Source of the DNA: Octopus sinensis
Taxonomy: Eukaryota
Reading direction: 5' to 3'
Length of the DNA stretch: 64,000 nt
Assembly: GCF_006345805.1 (NCBI RefSeq)
Contig: NC_042998.1
Location: 51,894,001 to 51,958,000 of the forward strand
A program made the translations under genes and the position numbers. The notes under the pieces are model-generated. The model searched no databases. It had not been told where the DNA came from and saw nothing but the letters and a program-made list of their open reading frames with translations. Below are positions 39,191-53,166 of the stretch, one piece after another (positions within the stretch are counted from its first letter, which is position 1; each line of letters starts with the position of its first letter).

Positions 39191-40678
39191 ATTAGTTTCA
39201 TGTAATTCAGACTACCTTATTTTATTTAACCCTGAAAAGATGGAAAGCAAAGTTAACCTCAGCAGGATCTGAACCTAGAGCATAAGGTGCCACAAGAAGT
39301 ATTTTGCAAAGTATTTTGCTTGACACTCTAATGATTCTGTCAAATTACAGCCTAACAAAGCAAAAAAAGCATATCTGTTATTAAGAATTTCATCTTTTCA
39401 TTTAGCTTTAACCAAATCTATATTTCTAAATGAAATTACTGAGATATTTTATTTAGAAATGTATTATTTCTATTTTTGTAATCAGTGAATGTATTTCACT
39501 AGAATTCTTATTTGTTTGCAAAGGCTAGATAGGCATCTCCAAGTAGCAGGCCATGCTACTCCAGACTGGTGACGAGCAAAGACTCAGAAACTAGTCTCTG
39601 GATGCAGGCTTAGCTGGATGGGGGTGCTTGTCTCCCCTTGTAAACTTAAGGACACAGGAAATGTGTTAAGGCTGACAGGAAGCATTGCTGCTTCCTAGGG
39701 CTAAATAGCAGTGGTGTGATTCCCTTCATGGGACTGTCACATTAAGTTGACAGTATACAACTACTTTATCATACCACTACTGCATAAATCTCTCTGAGAT
39801 ATTTAGAAATGTATTATTTCTATTTTTATAAATAATATTTTACTGTCTACTGGAAGTCTTATAAGTAATGATCAGAAGAAAAAGATATGTTTCAAAGGAA
39901 ATAGCTTAGAATTTAAACACTTCAGTTGCATGAGTTTCCATGTAAAGTTTCTAAGAAATAATGACCTTCAATCTTTACTTATATATCACTTATGGATATC
40001 CAAATATAATATACTGTGGTGTACAATTTATAAATAAGTGTGTTTGAATAAATGAAGGAATGAACGAATGAAGGAATGAACAAATGAAGGAATGAACAAA
40101 TGAAGGAATGAACAAATTGTTATTCTGATAATCATGGCTGAGGTTCAGAGTAAGGGGCATCAGATAAAACCACCAATCTTCATGCATGTATCAGTAACTA
40201 ATTTATTAGAGGACCAAGATGTGTGGTGCATTGGACTGAGATATGTGGCAGTTTGCTGTACTTGAGAAGACTTGTCCACCACAACGGAATTGAGACCCTA
40301 AAAGCAAGGTGCAATGTAAAAAGCAATGGTGTGGGTGCTGGTGCCACATAAAAAACCCTGGTGCTGGTGTCACTCAAAAAGCACTGGTGATGGTGCTATG
40401 CAAAAAAAACACTCAGTACACTCTGTAAAGTGGTTGCTATTAAGAAAGGCATAGAAACTAAGAAGAAACCATAGAAACTAAGCCAAAACAAACTCTGGAA
40501 CTTGGTGTGGGCTCTGGCCTTGCTAGTTCCTGTCAAGCCATTCAACCCATGCCAGCACAGAAAACAAACGTTAAATGTTGATGATGATGATGATTATTGT
40601 GTCTTAGCTGAGCTGACCAAAACCTTGTGTCAGTGAATTAGGTTGAAGGAAACTGAAAGGAGACTGTTACATATACGA

Positions 40679-40802
<124 letters not shown>

Positions 40803-41204
40803 TCTTGTCTTGATATCACATGATTGCCGTAAATGAATGTCGTTCATCTCTAATATTCAGTGAAAACATGTCTGGCCAAGGGAAAAATATCATGTTGCTC
40901 AGAAACAGGTAAAGGTTAGCAATACGAAGGGCATCTGACTATAGAAAATCTGCTTAAATAAGCTCTGCTTGATTCATGCAAGCATGGAAAGTTTGACATT
41001 GAAATGATGTTGATGACGACTGGCAGTGGTTGTTCCAGATTTTTTGCGCCATCAGTTCAAATCCTGATGAGGTTGGCCATGCTGTTCATCCATCCAAAGT
41101 TGACAAATAAAATAGCAGTCAAGTACTTGGGATCAGTACTTCTTCTCCTATCTCTGTCTGTCTCTCTGTTTGTCTCTCTCTGTCTCTCTGTTTCTGTCTA
41201 TCTG

Positions 41205-41241
<37 letters not shown>

Positions 41242-42434
41242 CCATAACAAACAGATCTATGAATAAAAGCATTCCAGCTGTGATCATTACACCTTTATAT
41301 TTTTCAGACATAGTGAATCTAGGGTTACATTATCTAATATCCTCATTTTTAAGAGGCATTGAATGCAGTAATTCAAGTTTGTTATGTATTTCAAAGTCAA
41401 CAGAGAAACTCACATATTTGAACTGTTTGTATCCTGGACTTATTTACTTTGGAATATTTGGAGAATTGACTATTAGCAACTTCATTGGCTCAACTATTTT
41501 CAGCTTAATTTGATAATAAGCAAGTTTGGTTGGACTTTATTTGGACAGGAATATCATTAGGTAAATAGTCAGGTAAATATTTCATTGCATTGTCGAAGAT
41601 ATTATGTTACGAAATTACAATAACAGTTTTTCAAAATAAATTATGTACAGTTTAGTAACTCATTAATAAAGAAGTAAAAATATCTTTAACACAATAAGCA
41701 GACCGACATTACACACAGAAATTGGGCTATTAAATTAGACAAGTAATGTTCTTTGCATAAGCTTTCTATTATATATTGTGTTGAGTTGGTAGACTTGTTA
41801 GAACACAGAACACCTTGTAATATTTGTTCTGGTTCACAAGGCAGTGAGCTGGCAGAGTTGTTAGCATGCTAGGCAAAATGCTTAGTGGCATTTCATGTCT
41901 TTATGTTCTGTGTTCAAATTCCACCAAAGTTAACTTTGCCTCTCATCCTTTCAGGGGTGATAAAATAAAAACCAAATGAGCATTGGGGCCTATGTAATCA
42001 ACTTACCTCTGCTTCCAAAATTGCTGGCCTTGTGCTAAAATTTGAAACCAGTAATTGTGGTGGCTGTTAAGGTGGTGAGCTGGCAGAATTGTTTTGCATG
42101 CCAGGCAGAATGCTTAGTGGCATTTCGTCCATCTTTATATCCCGAGTTCAAATTCCACCAAGGTTGACTTTGCCTTTCATGCTTTCAGGGTTGATGAAAT
42201 AAGTACCAGTTGAGTACTGGGGTCGATGCAATCAATTTACCCTCTCCCTTGAAATTGCTGGCCTTGTGCCAAAAATTTCAAATCAATATTTGGTTTTAGC
42301 TAAGGCAACGACCTGGCAGAGTCATTAGCATGCTGTAGGGAAATGCTCAGTTTCATTTTGTGACTTTACATTCTGAGTTCAAATGCTGCCAAGGTTGACT
42401 TTGCCTTTTATCCTTTTGCTGTCAATAAAATACA

Positions 42435-43863
42435 TATAGGTGCAGGAGTGGCTGTGTGGTAAGTAGCTTGCTTACCAACCACATGGTTCCGGGTTCAGTC
42501 CCACTGTGTGGCACCTTGGGCAAGTGTCTTCTACTATAGTGTCGGGCCAACCAAAGCCTTGTGAGTGGATTTGGTAGACGGAAACTGAAAGAAGCCCGTC
42601 ATATATATGTATATGTATATATATATATGTGTGTGTGTGTGTTTGTGTGTCTGTGTTTGTCCCCCCAACATCGCTTGACAACCGTTGCTGGTGTGTTTAC
42701 GTCCCCGTAACTTAGTGGTTCGGCAAAAGAGACCAATAGAATAAGTACTAGGCTTACAAAGAATAAGTCCTACATTCATTGAATTACAAACGTTCAAGAG
42801 GCACATTAATGACATCACTCTCACTGGTCTAGGAGGGCCTGTAAAGACCATCATCTCTGTGCTTTCCTCTAGGCCCAGCATATAGAAACACACTCTCACA
42901 CATACACACACGAAAATAGAAAATCATAAATGCAGATGTATTAAAAACACTGTGATAGTTGTAAATACCTGAGTCTATAGTTATAGTTAGTTGTCCAACA
43001 TCTTAACCTTATTACCATTAAGCATCATGTTATAAACTAACATAATTTGTTATTGTCAGTGGTAGCAGTGGTGGCAGTGGTACTATGGTGGTGGTGGTAG
43101 TGTGTCATCATCTTCGTTGTTACTGTTGTCATCTTTGCCATGTGTGTGTGTGTGCTCGCGAGCACGTGTGTGTGTGTGTTAATATTTGTTTTACAAATTT
43201 GTCTGCACTTCACTTAGAAATTTTTGCCTTAAGTATTTTGAAGAAAAATATTTTGCAAGCCAGTCAGAAAAGTAGATATGTGAACAGTTTCAATATATTT
43301 TAAATTTCTCTAGTGGCTATAAGATAATACATTATTAAACATTCCCTGGAAAAAGTTTGATAATTCAATATCTATGAAGTCTTAAATAAATTAAATAAAC
43401 AATATATATATATATATATGTATATATATATGGAGAGAGAAGCCATTATATTGAATAGAAGATTCTTGATTTATTGACTCTTGGACATAAATTCATTTCT
43501 ATGTTTAATATATTATTGTGTGAAGGTGCATGGCTTAGTGTTAAGGGTGTTGGCCACATGATGGTAAGATTGTGGTTTTGGTTCCTGAACTGGACGTCAC
43601 ATTGTGTTCCTGAGCACAACATTTCAGTTGGCAAAAATGAGTAATCCTGTGATGGACCAATGTCCCATCCTGGTGGAGAATATATATATATAAGTGTAGG
43701 AGTGGCTATGTGGTAAATAGCTTGCTTACCAACCACATGGTTCTGGGTTCAGTCCCACTGCATGGCACCTTGGGCAAGTGTCTTCTACTATAGCATCGGG
43801 CCGACCAAGGACTCGTCAGTGGATTTGGTAGATGGAAACTGAAAGAAGCCCGTCGTATATATG

Positions 43864-43931
<68 letters not shown>

Positions 43932-44850
43932 TTGTGTGTCTGTGTTTGGCCCCCAACATCGCTTGACAACAGATGCTGGTGTGTTTACGTCCCCGTAACA
44001 TAGCGGTTTGGCAAAAGAGACCGATAGAATAAGTATTAGGCTTACAAAGAATAAGTCCTGGGGTCGATTTGCTCGACTGAAGGTGGTGCTCCTGCATGGC
44101 CGCAGTCAAATGACTGAAACAAGTAAAAGGGAGTAAAGAGTATATATCATGGAAACTGGGAAACTGGCCCTATATGACTTGAGCCTTTTTTTATGACATA
44201 TTATTGCCGTGGCTTAATGTAAAATGTAACAATCATCATTATAATGAATCATATTCTAAAGCCAAACTAAAACTATTTCATTGTGTCCTTGGATATGGAA
44301 CCCTTAGAGCATTAGATAAAATGACTTGCTGCTTTTGTTCCAGTTTTATACATTCTGTGTTCAAATCCCACTCATTTCGAATTTGTCTTTCATCCCTCTG
44401 GTGTTGATAAAATAAAGTACCAATCAAATACTAGAGGTGATATAATTATCTAACCCTCTCTCTATAAATTTCTATCCTTGAGCTTATGTTAAAAGCAATT
44501 ATTATTTTCTTTGCTTTAATTTTAGTAATCTGAAAGAAAAAAATACAACAAAAAAAAAAAAAAATTATCATTCCTTTTTCATAATATCGTCCTGGTCCTT
44601 AGCAACAAAGCAGTTGCTGAATTTTTATACACTAATTTCTGAATTTGCTTACTCAGCTAACCCATATTAGCATAAAGAAATTACAAAAGCATTGGAGTGA
44701 CTGAGTGGTAAGTTACTTGCTTACCAACCACATGGTTCTGGGTTCAGTCCCACTGTGTGGTACCTTGGGCAAATGTCTTCTACTATAGCCTCGGGTTGAT
44801 CAAAACCTTGTGAGTGGATTTGGTAGACGGAAACTGAAAGAAGCCTGTCG

Positions 44851-44929
<79 letters not shown>

Positions 44930-45170
44930 TATATATATGAATGTGTGTGTGTGTATATGTTTGTGTGTCTGTGTTTGTCCCTCCAGCATCGCTTGACAAC
45001 CGACGGTGGTGTGTTTACACCCCCGTAACTTAGCAGTTTGGCAAAAGAGACCAATAGAATAAGTACTAGGCTTACAAAGAATAAGTCCTGGGGTTGATTT
45101 GCTCGACTAAAGGCGGTGCTCCAGCATGGCCACAGTCAAATGACTGAAACAAGTGAAAGTATAAAGAGAG
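42435..45170 (+). mobile_element. Three plus-strand SINE A copies (42435-42770, 43692-44140, 44690-45170)
   Basis: Near-consensus heads, internal microsatellites and gactgaaacaagtaaaag tails. A young minus-strand copy follows at 46213-46578. Confidence 0.9.
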
Positions 45171-45868
45171 GGTATGAGAAAGCAACAAATAAGAAATACT
45201 GTTAATTTAGGCAACCACTGTACTCAAAATTTTAAAACCTTTCAAGTGGAAACTTTAAAAAATAAAAGAGAGAAAATTTTGAAAAACTGGAATGAATCAG
45301 CAAGGGATCCTCAGCATGGTTGTTTGATTTGCTAGAATCAGTAGTTGAATTCCTATCAAATCACACCGTAATTTTAAAAAAAAAAAAAAAAGAAGAGAAA
45401 ATTTGATAATGTAGTCTGGGATACACTATGCACTAAAAAAATACTGAAGGGTAATGTCTAGAACAACTTTAATCTGGTTGCTCAAAGTTGATTTTAGCTA
45501 AACAACAACAGCAGGTTGGTTAGGGCAGTGGACTCGCAGTCGGAGGATTGCGGTTTCGATTCCCAGACCGGGCGTTGTGTGTGTTTATTGAACGAAAACA
45601 CCTAAAGCTCCACGAGGTTCCGTCAGGGGGGTGGGGGGTGGCGACCCCTGTTGTACTCTTTTGCCCCAATTTTCTCTCACTCTCTCTTCCTGTTTCTTGT
45701 TCCCGACTTCCTACGCAACTGCTGAGCCTGGATTCACAGTCATCCATCCGTCGATGCTCTTGGTGTTGGGGGTTGACCTGCTTTCTCTTCTGTGGGTCTT
45801 ACGAATAACACAGGACCACGTTTCGGACTTCTCCCATCTTGTGAGCTCTGGGATGAAGACCGTTCACT

Positions 45869-45903
<35 letters not shown>

Positions 45904-48128
45904 GTCGCAGCAATAACAACAATATCAACATTCAGACTTTTGAATTAAAAATATAATATAATTTAATATTCGTGGACTCATTGTGTGAAGATGCTATTTT
46001 GATCAACATTTTGCTCGTGCAGTAAGTACTAGACTGATAGAAAAAAAATATACGTACTGGGGTAGATTCGTTCAACTAACCCTGTCAAGGTGGGATTCCA
46101 GCATGGCCACAGTCGAATAACTGAAACAAGTAAGAGATAAAAGATAAAAAGTAAAGAGCTAAATTTTTATTTACTGAACAGTTCCATTCCTGTTCTTATT
46201 TTAATTTTTTTTTATTTTACTTGTTTCAGTCATTTGACTGCGGCCATGCTGGAGCACCGCCTTTAGTCGAGCAAATTGCCCCCGGGACTTATTCTTTGTA
46301 AGCCCAGTACTTATTCTATCGGTCTCTTTTGCCGAACCGCTAAGTTACGGGGACGTAAACACACCTGCATCGGTTAAACACAAACACACACACACATATA
46401 TATATATATATACATATATACGACAGGCTTCTTTCAGTTTCCGTCTACCAAACCCACTCACAAGGCATTGGTCGGCCCGGGGCTATAGCAGAAGACACTT
46501 GCCCAAGATGCCACGCAGTGGGACTGAACCCGGAACCATGTGGTTGGTTAGCAAGCTACTTACCACACAGTCACTCCTGTGACCAAAAATTTTATCTCAG
46601 GCATATCTCAGGTTTTTCTGTCAAAATCACTAAGTGGAACAAGAAAACAGTGACTGAACCTTAATACTGTTGCTCAGCCTGCTACAAATTAAAGCATTAT
46701 TCCTTGGTCAAATCACACCCTCTTGACTTCGAAAATTGGCTTAATGCAATTCCAAATAGTCCCTAATATAAGAGGATGACTATGGTTTGAACATCTCTGA
46801 TTATAACTCTGTTTAATGAAGGTTGTTCTGGGGTTAAACAACAGCAACAACAGTGGAGGTGCAATGGCCCAGTGGTTAGGGCAGCGGACTCGCGGTTGTA
46901 AGAACGTGGTTTCGATTCCCAAACCAGGCATTGTGAGTGTTTATTGAGCAAAAAAACCTAAGCTCCACAAGGATCTGGTGGGGTACTCTTTCACCACAAC
47001 TTTCTCTTACTCTTTCTTCCTACTTCTTCAACAAAGCAGAGGAACCATGGTGTAACCCACTATGGTGTGGTAAACTTTCAGACCCTAGTCTAGATTGCGA
47101 ATCCTCTGTACCCCAGGATGGTTCAGCTCTCCACCTGTAAAAAGCCACTGTTTACGGAATGAGGATAACAACTTAGCTTTCACGCCCGTGCAACCGCTAA
47201 TCTATCACATGTGGTGGGTGGATCTTCAAGTTGCCACACGCATTCTTAGTAGCTTAGAGTAGGCTCGAATTAGAGATTGTTCTTTGTGGCTAATGGTGTG
47301 AGTCCTGATTGGAAGAAGTAGAAGACAGCAACAACAACAACAACGATAAGAACAGCAACAACAACAACAACGATAAGAACAGCAACAACAACTAGTAGAG
47401 TGACAGAATAATGTAAAACTTAATCCTTTAATATTTGAAATGATCATACCCAGCCCTAATATTCTACTTGTTTTATCTTGAAACTGGTTAGAGACTGCTT
47501 CTCACATCTACTCTACAATGTCATGCTAACAGTATACAATCACACCATTGAAATCTCAAAGCTGCAAGATAATACATGATTAATACAAAATAATGTGAAT
47601 AAGTAAGCATTACATTTGACAAAGTAATCTAAATGCTAAAGGGTTAAGTGGTAGCTTCTTGCAAAAAACATGTCAGAAAATTTTGGCTGTTTAACCTTTT
47701 TTATGTTCATATTTCTAACAAAATATGCCATCCATGTATTGCAATTAATTTTTAAAACAATCAAAAATTTGGTGAAATTAGTAAAATGACTAATTTCTCC
47801 ATTATTAAGTTGGTGGTTGGAACATCATTTAATAAAAGGTTCTTCATGTAGAATTATGATGAAAGGTTTTAATTCAAAATGAAAAGAACCAAAGGTAGTC
47901 TCGAGTGAATTGGCTTCAAAAGAGTTAATGGTCTCTGTTAATTATGTATGACTAACTAATACGAAGTATTTGCAGACCGAGAGAATCAATGCATTGTATT
48001 AAAATTGATGTAGCTTTCTGATTGAAATCATGCTCAGATGAAAGATCAGACAAACAGGTATCAAGCGAACAGTTAACACAGTGCGGATCAGACAGAAAGG
48101 AAGGAAATAGTTATTACACAACACTTAC

Positions 48129-48154
48129 TCATTTCCTATTTTGTTTTTAAATAC
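48129..48154 (-). CDS. Candidate 26-nt host microexon (VFKNKIGN+2 nt)
   Basis: gatacag|GTATTTAAAAACAAAATAGGAAATGA|gtaagt; in frame with the upstream 23-nt candidate. Confidence 0.5.
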
Positions 48155-48314
48155 CTGTATCATAACATTGTAACAATATAATTATGACCGTTTGGATCAG
48201 TGTTGCAAGGCAAGAGGACATTTGAATGCCTTCAAAGACTGACACTGAAATAGGACTTAAAAGCCTTGTTTACTTTTTCAGTTTTGTTGTTTTTTGTTTT
48301 AAACTAATAAGTAC

Positions 48315-48337
48315 CTTATCTACTTTTTTTGACATCT
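48315..48337 (-). CDS. Candidate 23-nt host microexon ((K)MSKKVDK)
   Basis: Long T tract, then attcttccatcag|AGATGTCAAAAAAAGTAGATAAG|gtactt; only one frame is open. Confidence 0.5.
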
Positions 48338-48760
48338 CTGATGGAAGAATAAAAAAAAAAATCAAAAGTAAAACAACAACGCAAAATGAATAAACATATG
48401 TTATGATTATTGATCTGTAGCATAGCTTTTCAAAATTTGTATTGATCTGTAGATGCACTAGATTTCTCCCTCGTAACATTATTGATTGATCAAGTAATAC
48501 CAATATAGATTCGTACTTTCATGAACTTTGTTCATTCATTATTTTGTAGACGTCTATAATGGCTGATCTTATATTTATGAATTCATTCAAAAAGAAAAAA
48601 AAAGAAAAGAATAGAAAGGAAAACAAATAGAAAAAGCAAGAAGTTAACGCTTTAAAAAATAATGTCTTTGTTTATAAAATATAACCTACCTATAACCTTT
48701 CAGGAAATGGTATTTCACTAACTAATTATGTTGTTTATACTTAGTAACAAATATACTTAC

Positions 48761-48794
48761 TACAACAGGAAATATTCAAACTTGTCACAACCAT
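48761..48794 (-). CDS. Candidate first coding segment (MVVTSLNISCC+1 nt) of an exon starting at 48833 or 48861
   Basis: ATG at 48794 follows an in-frame TAA; perfect gtaagt donor; phase 1 matches the next exon. Confidence 0.4.
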
Positions 48795-50443
48795 TTACAT
48801 TGTTATGAAAATAGTTTCTACGGGCTCTGTAACCTATAATGTATAAAAGTATACAAGTAACCTGAGAATATAGAAGGCGAGGTTTTTTCACAAACAAATA
48901 TATTCACAGATATTCAAAAGAAAAATTTCTACTATATGAATGATAAAGTGGTAAATGATAAATGATAAGGTTATTATTATCATCATCAGCTTAGCATCTA
49001 CTTTCTCATGCTTGCATGAGTCAGATGGAAGGTAAGTTGATACAGAGTTTTCTACAGCCAGATGCTCTTTCTGAAGCCAACTCTCACTGGTTTCACAGTG
49101 AGGTAACAATCTTCCAGTCTATTGGACAACAAAGTCTGAATATGGTTGCACAGTGAACTGGAAACAAATTTCATCAGTTGAATGAGACTTTTGTCTGCTG
49201 AGTTCACACAACATGTCAAGAAACCCAGACATGTTTTTGTGGTGGATTGCAAGCAAATGACACTGCTTACAAGGCCATTGTGTTCAACCAGAAAACACAT
49301 GTGAAGCTGAATTTTAATATGAACTCACATAAATACACACACATGTATGCATGTATGCATGTATGCATGTATGTATGTATGTATGGATGTATGTATGTAT
49401 GTATGTATGTATGTATGTATGTATGTATGTCATTATTCAGTTTATTTCAAGTTTTCTTGCCAATAAAGAAAGAACTGGTTTCTAACCTAGATCCAAGGTC
49501 CCTTCATTGGAATTTCAACATTAACAACAGGGTATTTTTGTTTGTTTGTATGTATGTATGCATGTTATATACACACACACACACATGCACTCACAAAACA
49601 GAGCTGAAGTGAAGGATTATCAATCTGAGCAAAATACTTCATAAGCTCTTTGTTGGCACACCAGACTGACAGTATTTTTTAGATTAGTGAAGGACTCCAA
49701 GTATTGTTATAGTAGGGTCTGAGGTTCTGGTTTATCCCAATTCTATCTTGTAAATTCATGGTTGGGCTCCAGTCAAACTGGTTTTTACAGAGTGTGATAC
49801 ATAAGATGAGATATAAATAATGGTCATTACCTATTTTCCCTTTATTAGAGCAAATTTGGCTTACAGCTGTTTCAGTAGTCATTATAGGCACGTTATTGAT
49901 AAGTTTACTCAGCTGGATCAGTTGAGAAAAATTAAACAACCTAGTTATAATCAGAAATGGCTCTGATGAAAGTAACATAAATTTTTTTAAAGTCATTCAA
50001 TTTTTCTCAACTGGTCAATAGATCAATTGAGTAAGCCTATCAGTAACGAACTGGAAACAACTGTAAGCTAATTTTACTCTAATGAAGGAAAAATATGTAA
50101 AGACCATTATTTATACCTTGTCTCATATAAAGGCATCCAGCTGTAAAAATCCTGCTAAAACAGTCACAGAAGTCTGGTATAGGCTTCTGCCTGGCCAGTT
50201 CCTGCCTAACCATTTCACCCATGCCAGCATGGAAGGTGGACATTAAATGATGATGAACGATGATGATGATGGTATATATAGAAAAGACTGCAATGCAAGT
50301 TATTATGAATTTATTATATTTATATTATTATTGACATTAATATTTTTTTCCTGGAATGTATTAACCATAATGTAATGTAACATATGCAACACAGAGTTAA
50401 AATAGTTCCACATATTTCAGTCTTTGTTTTAACACACACACAC

Positions 50444-50469
<26 letters not shown>

Positions 50470-50483
<14 letters not shown>

Positions 50484-50815
50484 ACTCTTTGTCTCTCACT
50501 CACATGCACGCGCACATGTACACCCGACACACATTCTTTGTCTCTCACTCATATGTGCACACACATACACTCACACACACATACACACACACACACACAC
50601 ACACAAATACACTCATTCTTTATCTCTTACTCATATGCGCATACACACACACACACTCTTTGTCTCTCACTCATATGCATGCGCACATGCACACATACAC
50701 ATTCTTTGTCTCTTACTCATATGTGCACACACATACACTCACACACATACACACACACACATACACACACAAACACACATTCTTTGTCTCTCACTCATAT
50801 TCGCATGCACACACA
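50470..50815. repeat. Compound minisatellite (ctttgtctctcactcatatg + (CA)n, about 6 units)
   Basis: Read directly. Confidence 0.85.
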
Positions 50816-51902
50816 CTCTCACACACACACACACACACACACTCACACATACACACACATATATATGAATGACATGTTTCTTTTCATTTCCATCAGCCAA
50901 ATCCTGTCACAAGGCTTTGGTTGGCTTAAGGCACTAGCAGAAGACACTTTTCCAAAGAACCACACAGCAAGACTGAATCTGCAGCTGTGTGATTGGGAAG
51001 CAAACTTCATAAACATATGGCCATACCTGAGCCTTATGTCTGGCAACTACCCTGAAGTCTCTTACATTTGTTCAGATTTAACTTGGTGCTTTTATTTGAT
51101 ATAACAGAATTGTATAATTTTTTGTAGCATTTAACCCTTTAAAACTCAGATTATCCTGTCAAATGTAACGCTTATTCATTGACATTATTTTGAACTAATC
51201 ATGTGTTATCTCATAGCTTTCAGATTTCATTGATGTTACTGTTTATGTTTAGAATGACAAATGTTGGGTAGGTGTGAGAGGCCAGATCTGGCCAGTTTGA
51301 GCATAAAACAGATAGAATATTAGGGCCAAATTTGGCTGGATTAAATGCTAAAGTACATTATTCACATTATTTATATTATTTACATTCGATGGATGTTTCA
51401 AGTCGAATTAAATGCTAAAGTGCTAATGTAAATAATAAATAAACGCACCCTTTTAAAGCCTAGCCAGGATCATGGGCCCGGTTTCCCGGTTTCAATGGCG
51501 TATGTGTTCCCCAGCTGGATGGAACGCCAGTCCATTGCAGCGTTACTCATTTTTGCCAGCTGAGTGGACTGGAGCAACATGAAATGAAGTGTTTTGCTCA
51601 AAAACACAACGCGTCGCCCAGTCCAGGAATTGAAACCACAATCGTATGATCCTGATGCTGACACTCTAACCACTAAGCCATGCGCCTCTACAAAGTGTTA
51701 ATATAACTTGAAAAAAAAAAAGAAACATAGGCAATACTTAGGTATACTTCAATGTTGTTGTTTTGTTATTGTTGTTCTTGTTATCATTGTCACTGTCGCT
51801 GTAGCCACTACCATCACTCACTTTCATTTTTGAGTTACTGATTGATATCACATTTCAAACTTCTAGGGTAGACAAAATAAGCACCAGTAACAATAAGATT
51901 AA

Positions 51903-52434
51903 CCCTTTAGCATTTAATCCAGTTATATCTGGCTCAAGTGGAGGAACATGGCCTAGTGGTAAGAGCAGCGGGCTCACGGTTGAGGGATCATGGGTTCGAA
52001 TCCAGACCGAGCAATGTGTGTGTTTATGAGCGAAACACCTAAGCTCCATGCGGCTCCAGCAGAAGGTAATGGCGGACTTCTGCTGACTCTTTTGCCACAA
52101 CTTTCTCTCACTCTTTCTTCCTACATCTTGCAGCTCACCTGTGATGGACCGGCGTCCCATCCAGATGGGGAACCTATACACCAAGGAGACCAGGAAAACA
52201 GTCCTATGAGCCAGGCGTGGCTCGAGAAGGAACAAACATATCCAGCCCAAATATTCTACCTGTTTTATGCTCAAATCAGCCAGATTCCATCTTTCACACC
52301 TACCCTACAATATTATCCTAAGAATGTACAATCATATCATCAAAATCTTGAAGTTACGAGATAATGCAGGATTAATTCAAAACAATGTGAACAAATAAAC
52401 ATTATATTTGACAGAGTAATTTGAATGCTAAAGG
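51903..52434. mobile_element. TTAA-flanked MITE (CCCTTTAGCATT TIR) interrupted by SINE C (51938-52237)
   Basis: ttaaccctttagcatt ... aatgctaaagggttaa; relatives near 37740-38150, 47450-47646, 51131-51425, 56740-56840. Confidence 0.8.
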
Positions 52435-52752
52435 GTTAAACAAAACTTCCTGTGCAACTCTTCAAAACAATTAGCTTTGTATTTAAGAAAGAAAATCAAT
52501 CAATATCTGTCATTTGGTCATTGAACTCCTATTCTCTTTGTTAATATAATATTATTATAAATTTAAATAAGGTGGTGAGCTGGCAGAATTGTCAGCATGC
52601 TGAACAATGAATAAGTCCTGGGGTCGATATGTCTTTATGTTCTGAGTTCAAATTCCACTGCGGTCATCTTTGCCTTTCAAGATAGATAAAATGAGTAACA
52701 TGCACACACAGATGAGCACTGCAGTCAATGTATATATATGTATATATATATG

Positions 52753-52792
<40 letters not shown>

Positions 52793-52793
52793 G

Positions 52794-52841
<48 letters not shown>

Positions 52842-53123
52842 GTGGAGGTGCAATGGCCCAGTGGTTAGGGCAGCAGACTCATGGTTGTAGGATTGCGGTT
52901 TTGATTCCCAGACCCGGCATTGTGAGTGTTTATTGAGGGAAAACACCTAAAGCTCCTTGAGGCTCTGGCAGGGGGTGATGGTAATCCCTACTGTACTCTT
53001 TCACTATAACTTTCTCTCACTCTTTCTTCAGTTGGCGGGGTGGTGTCATTTGAAGGCTAAAACAATGCGAAGCGCATTGTGACCAGTGATGTGTAGCAAC
53101 ATCTGATAACCTGGTTGATCATG

Positions 53124-53160
<37 letters not shown>

Positions 53161-53166
<6 letters not shown>

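Noticed and set aside
41004-41513. 169-aa hydrophobic ORF, and a GTGAGT donor on the minus strand near 41410
   Set aside because: The ORF crosses SINE and (CT)n sequence; the minus-strand candidate lacks a credible acceptor.
49679-49996. 105-aa ORF or exon
   Set aside because: It overlaps one arm of a decayed inverted repeat and has no recognisable motif.
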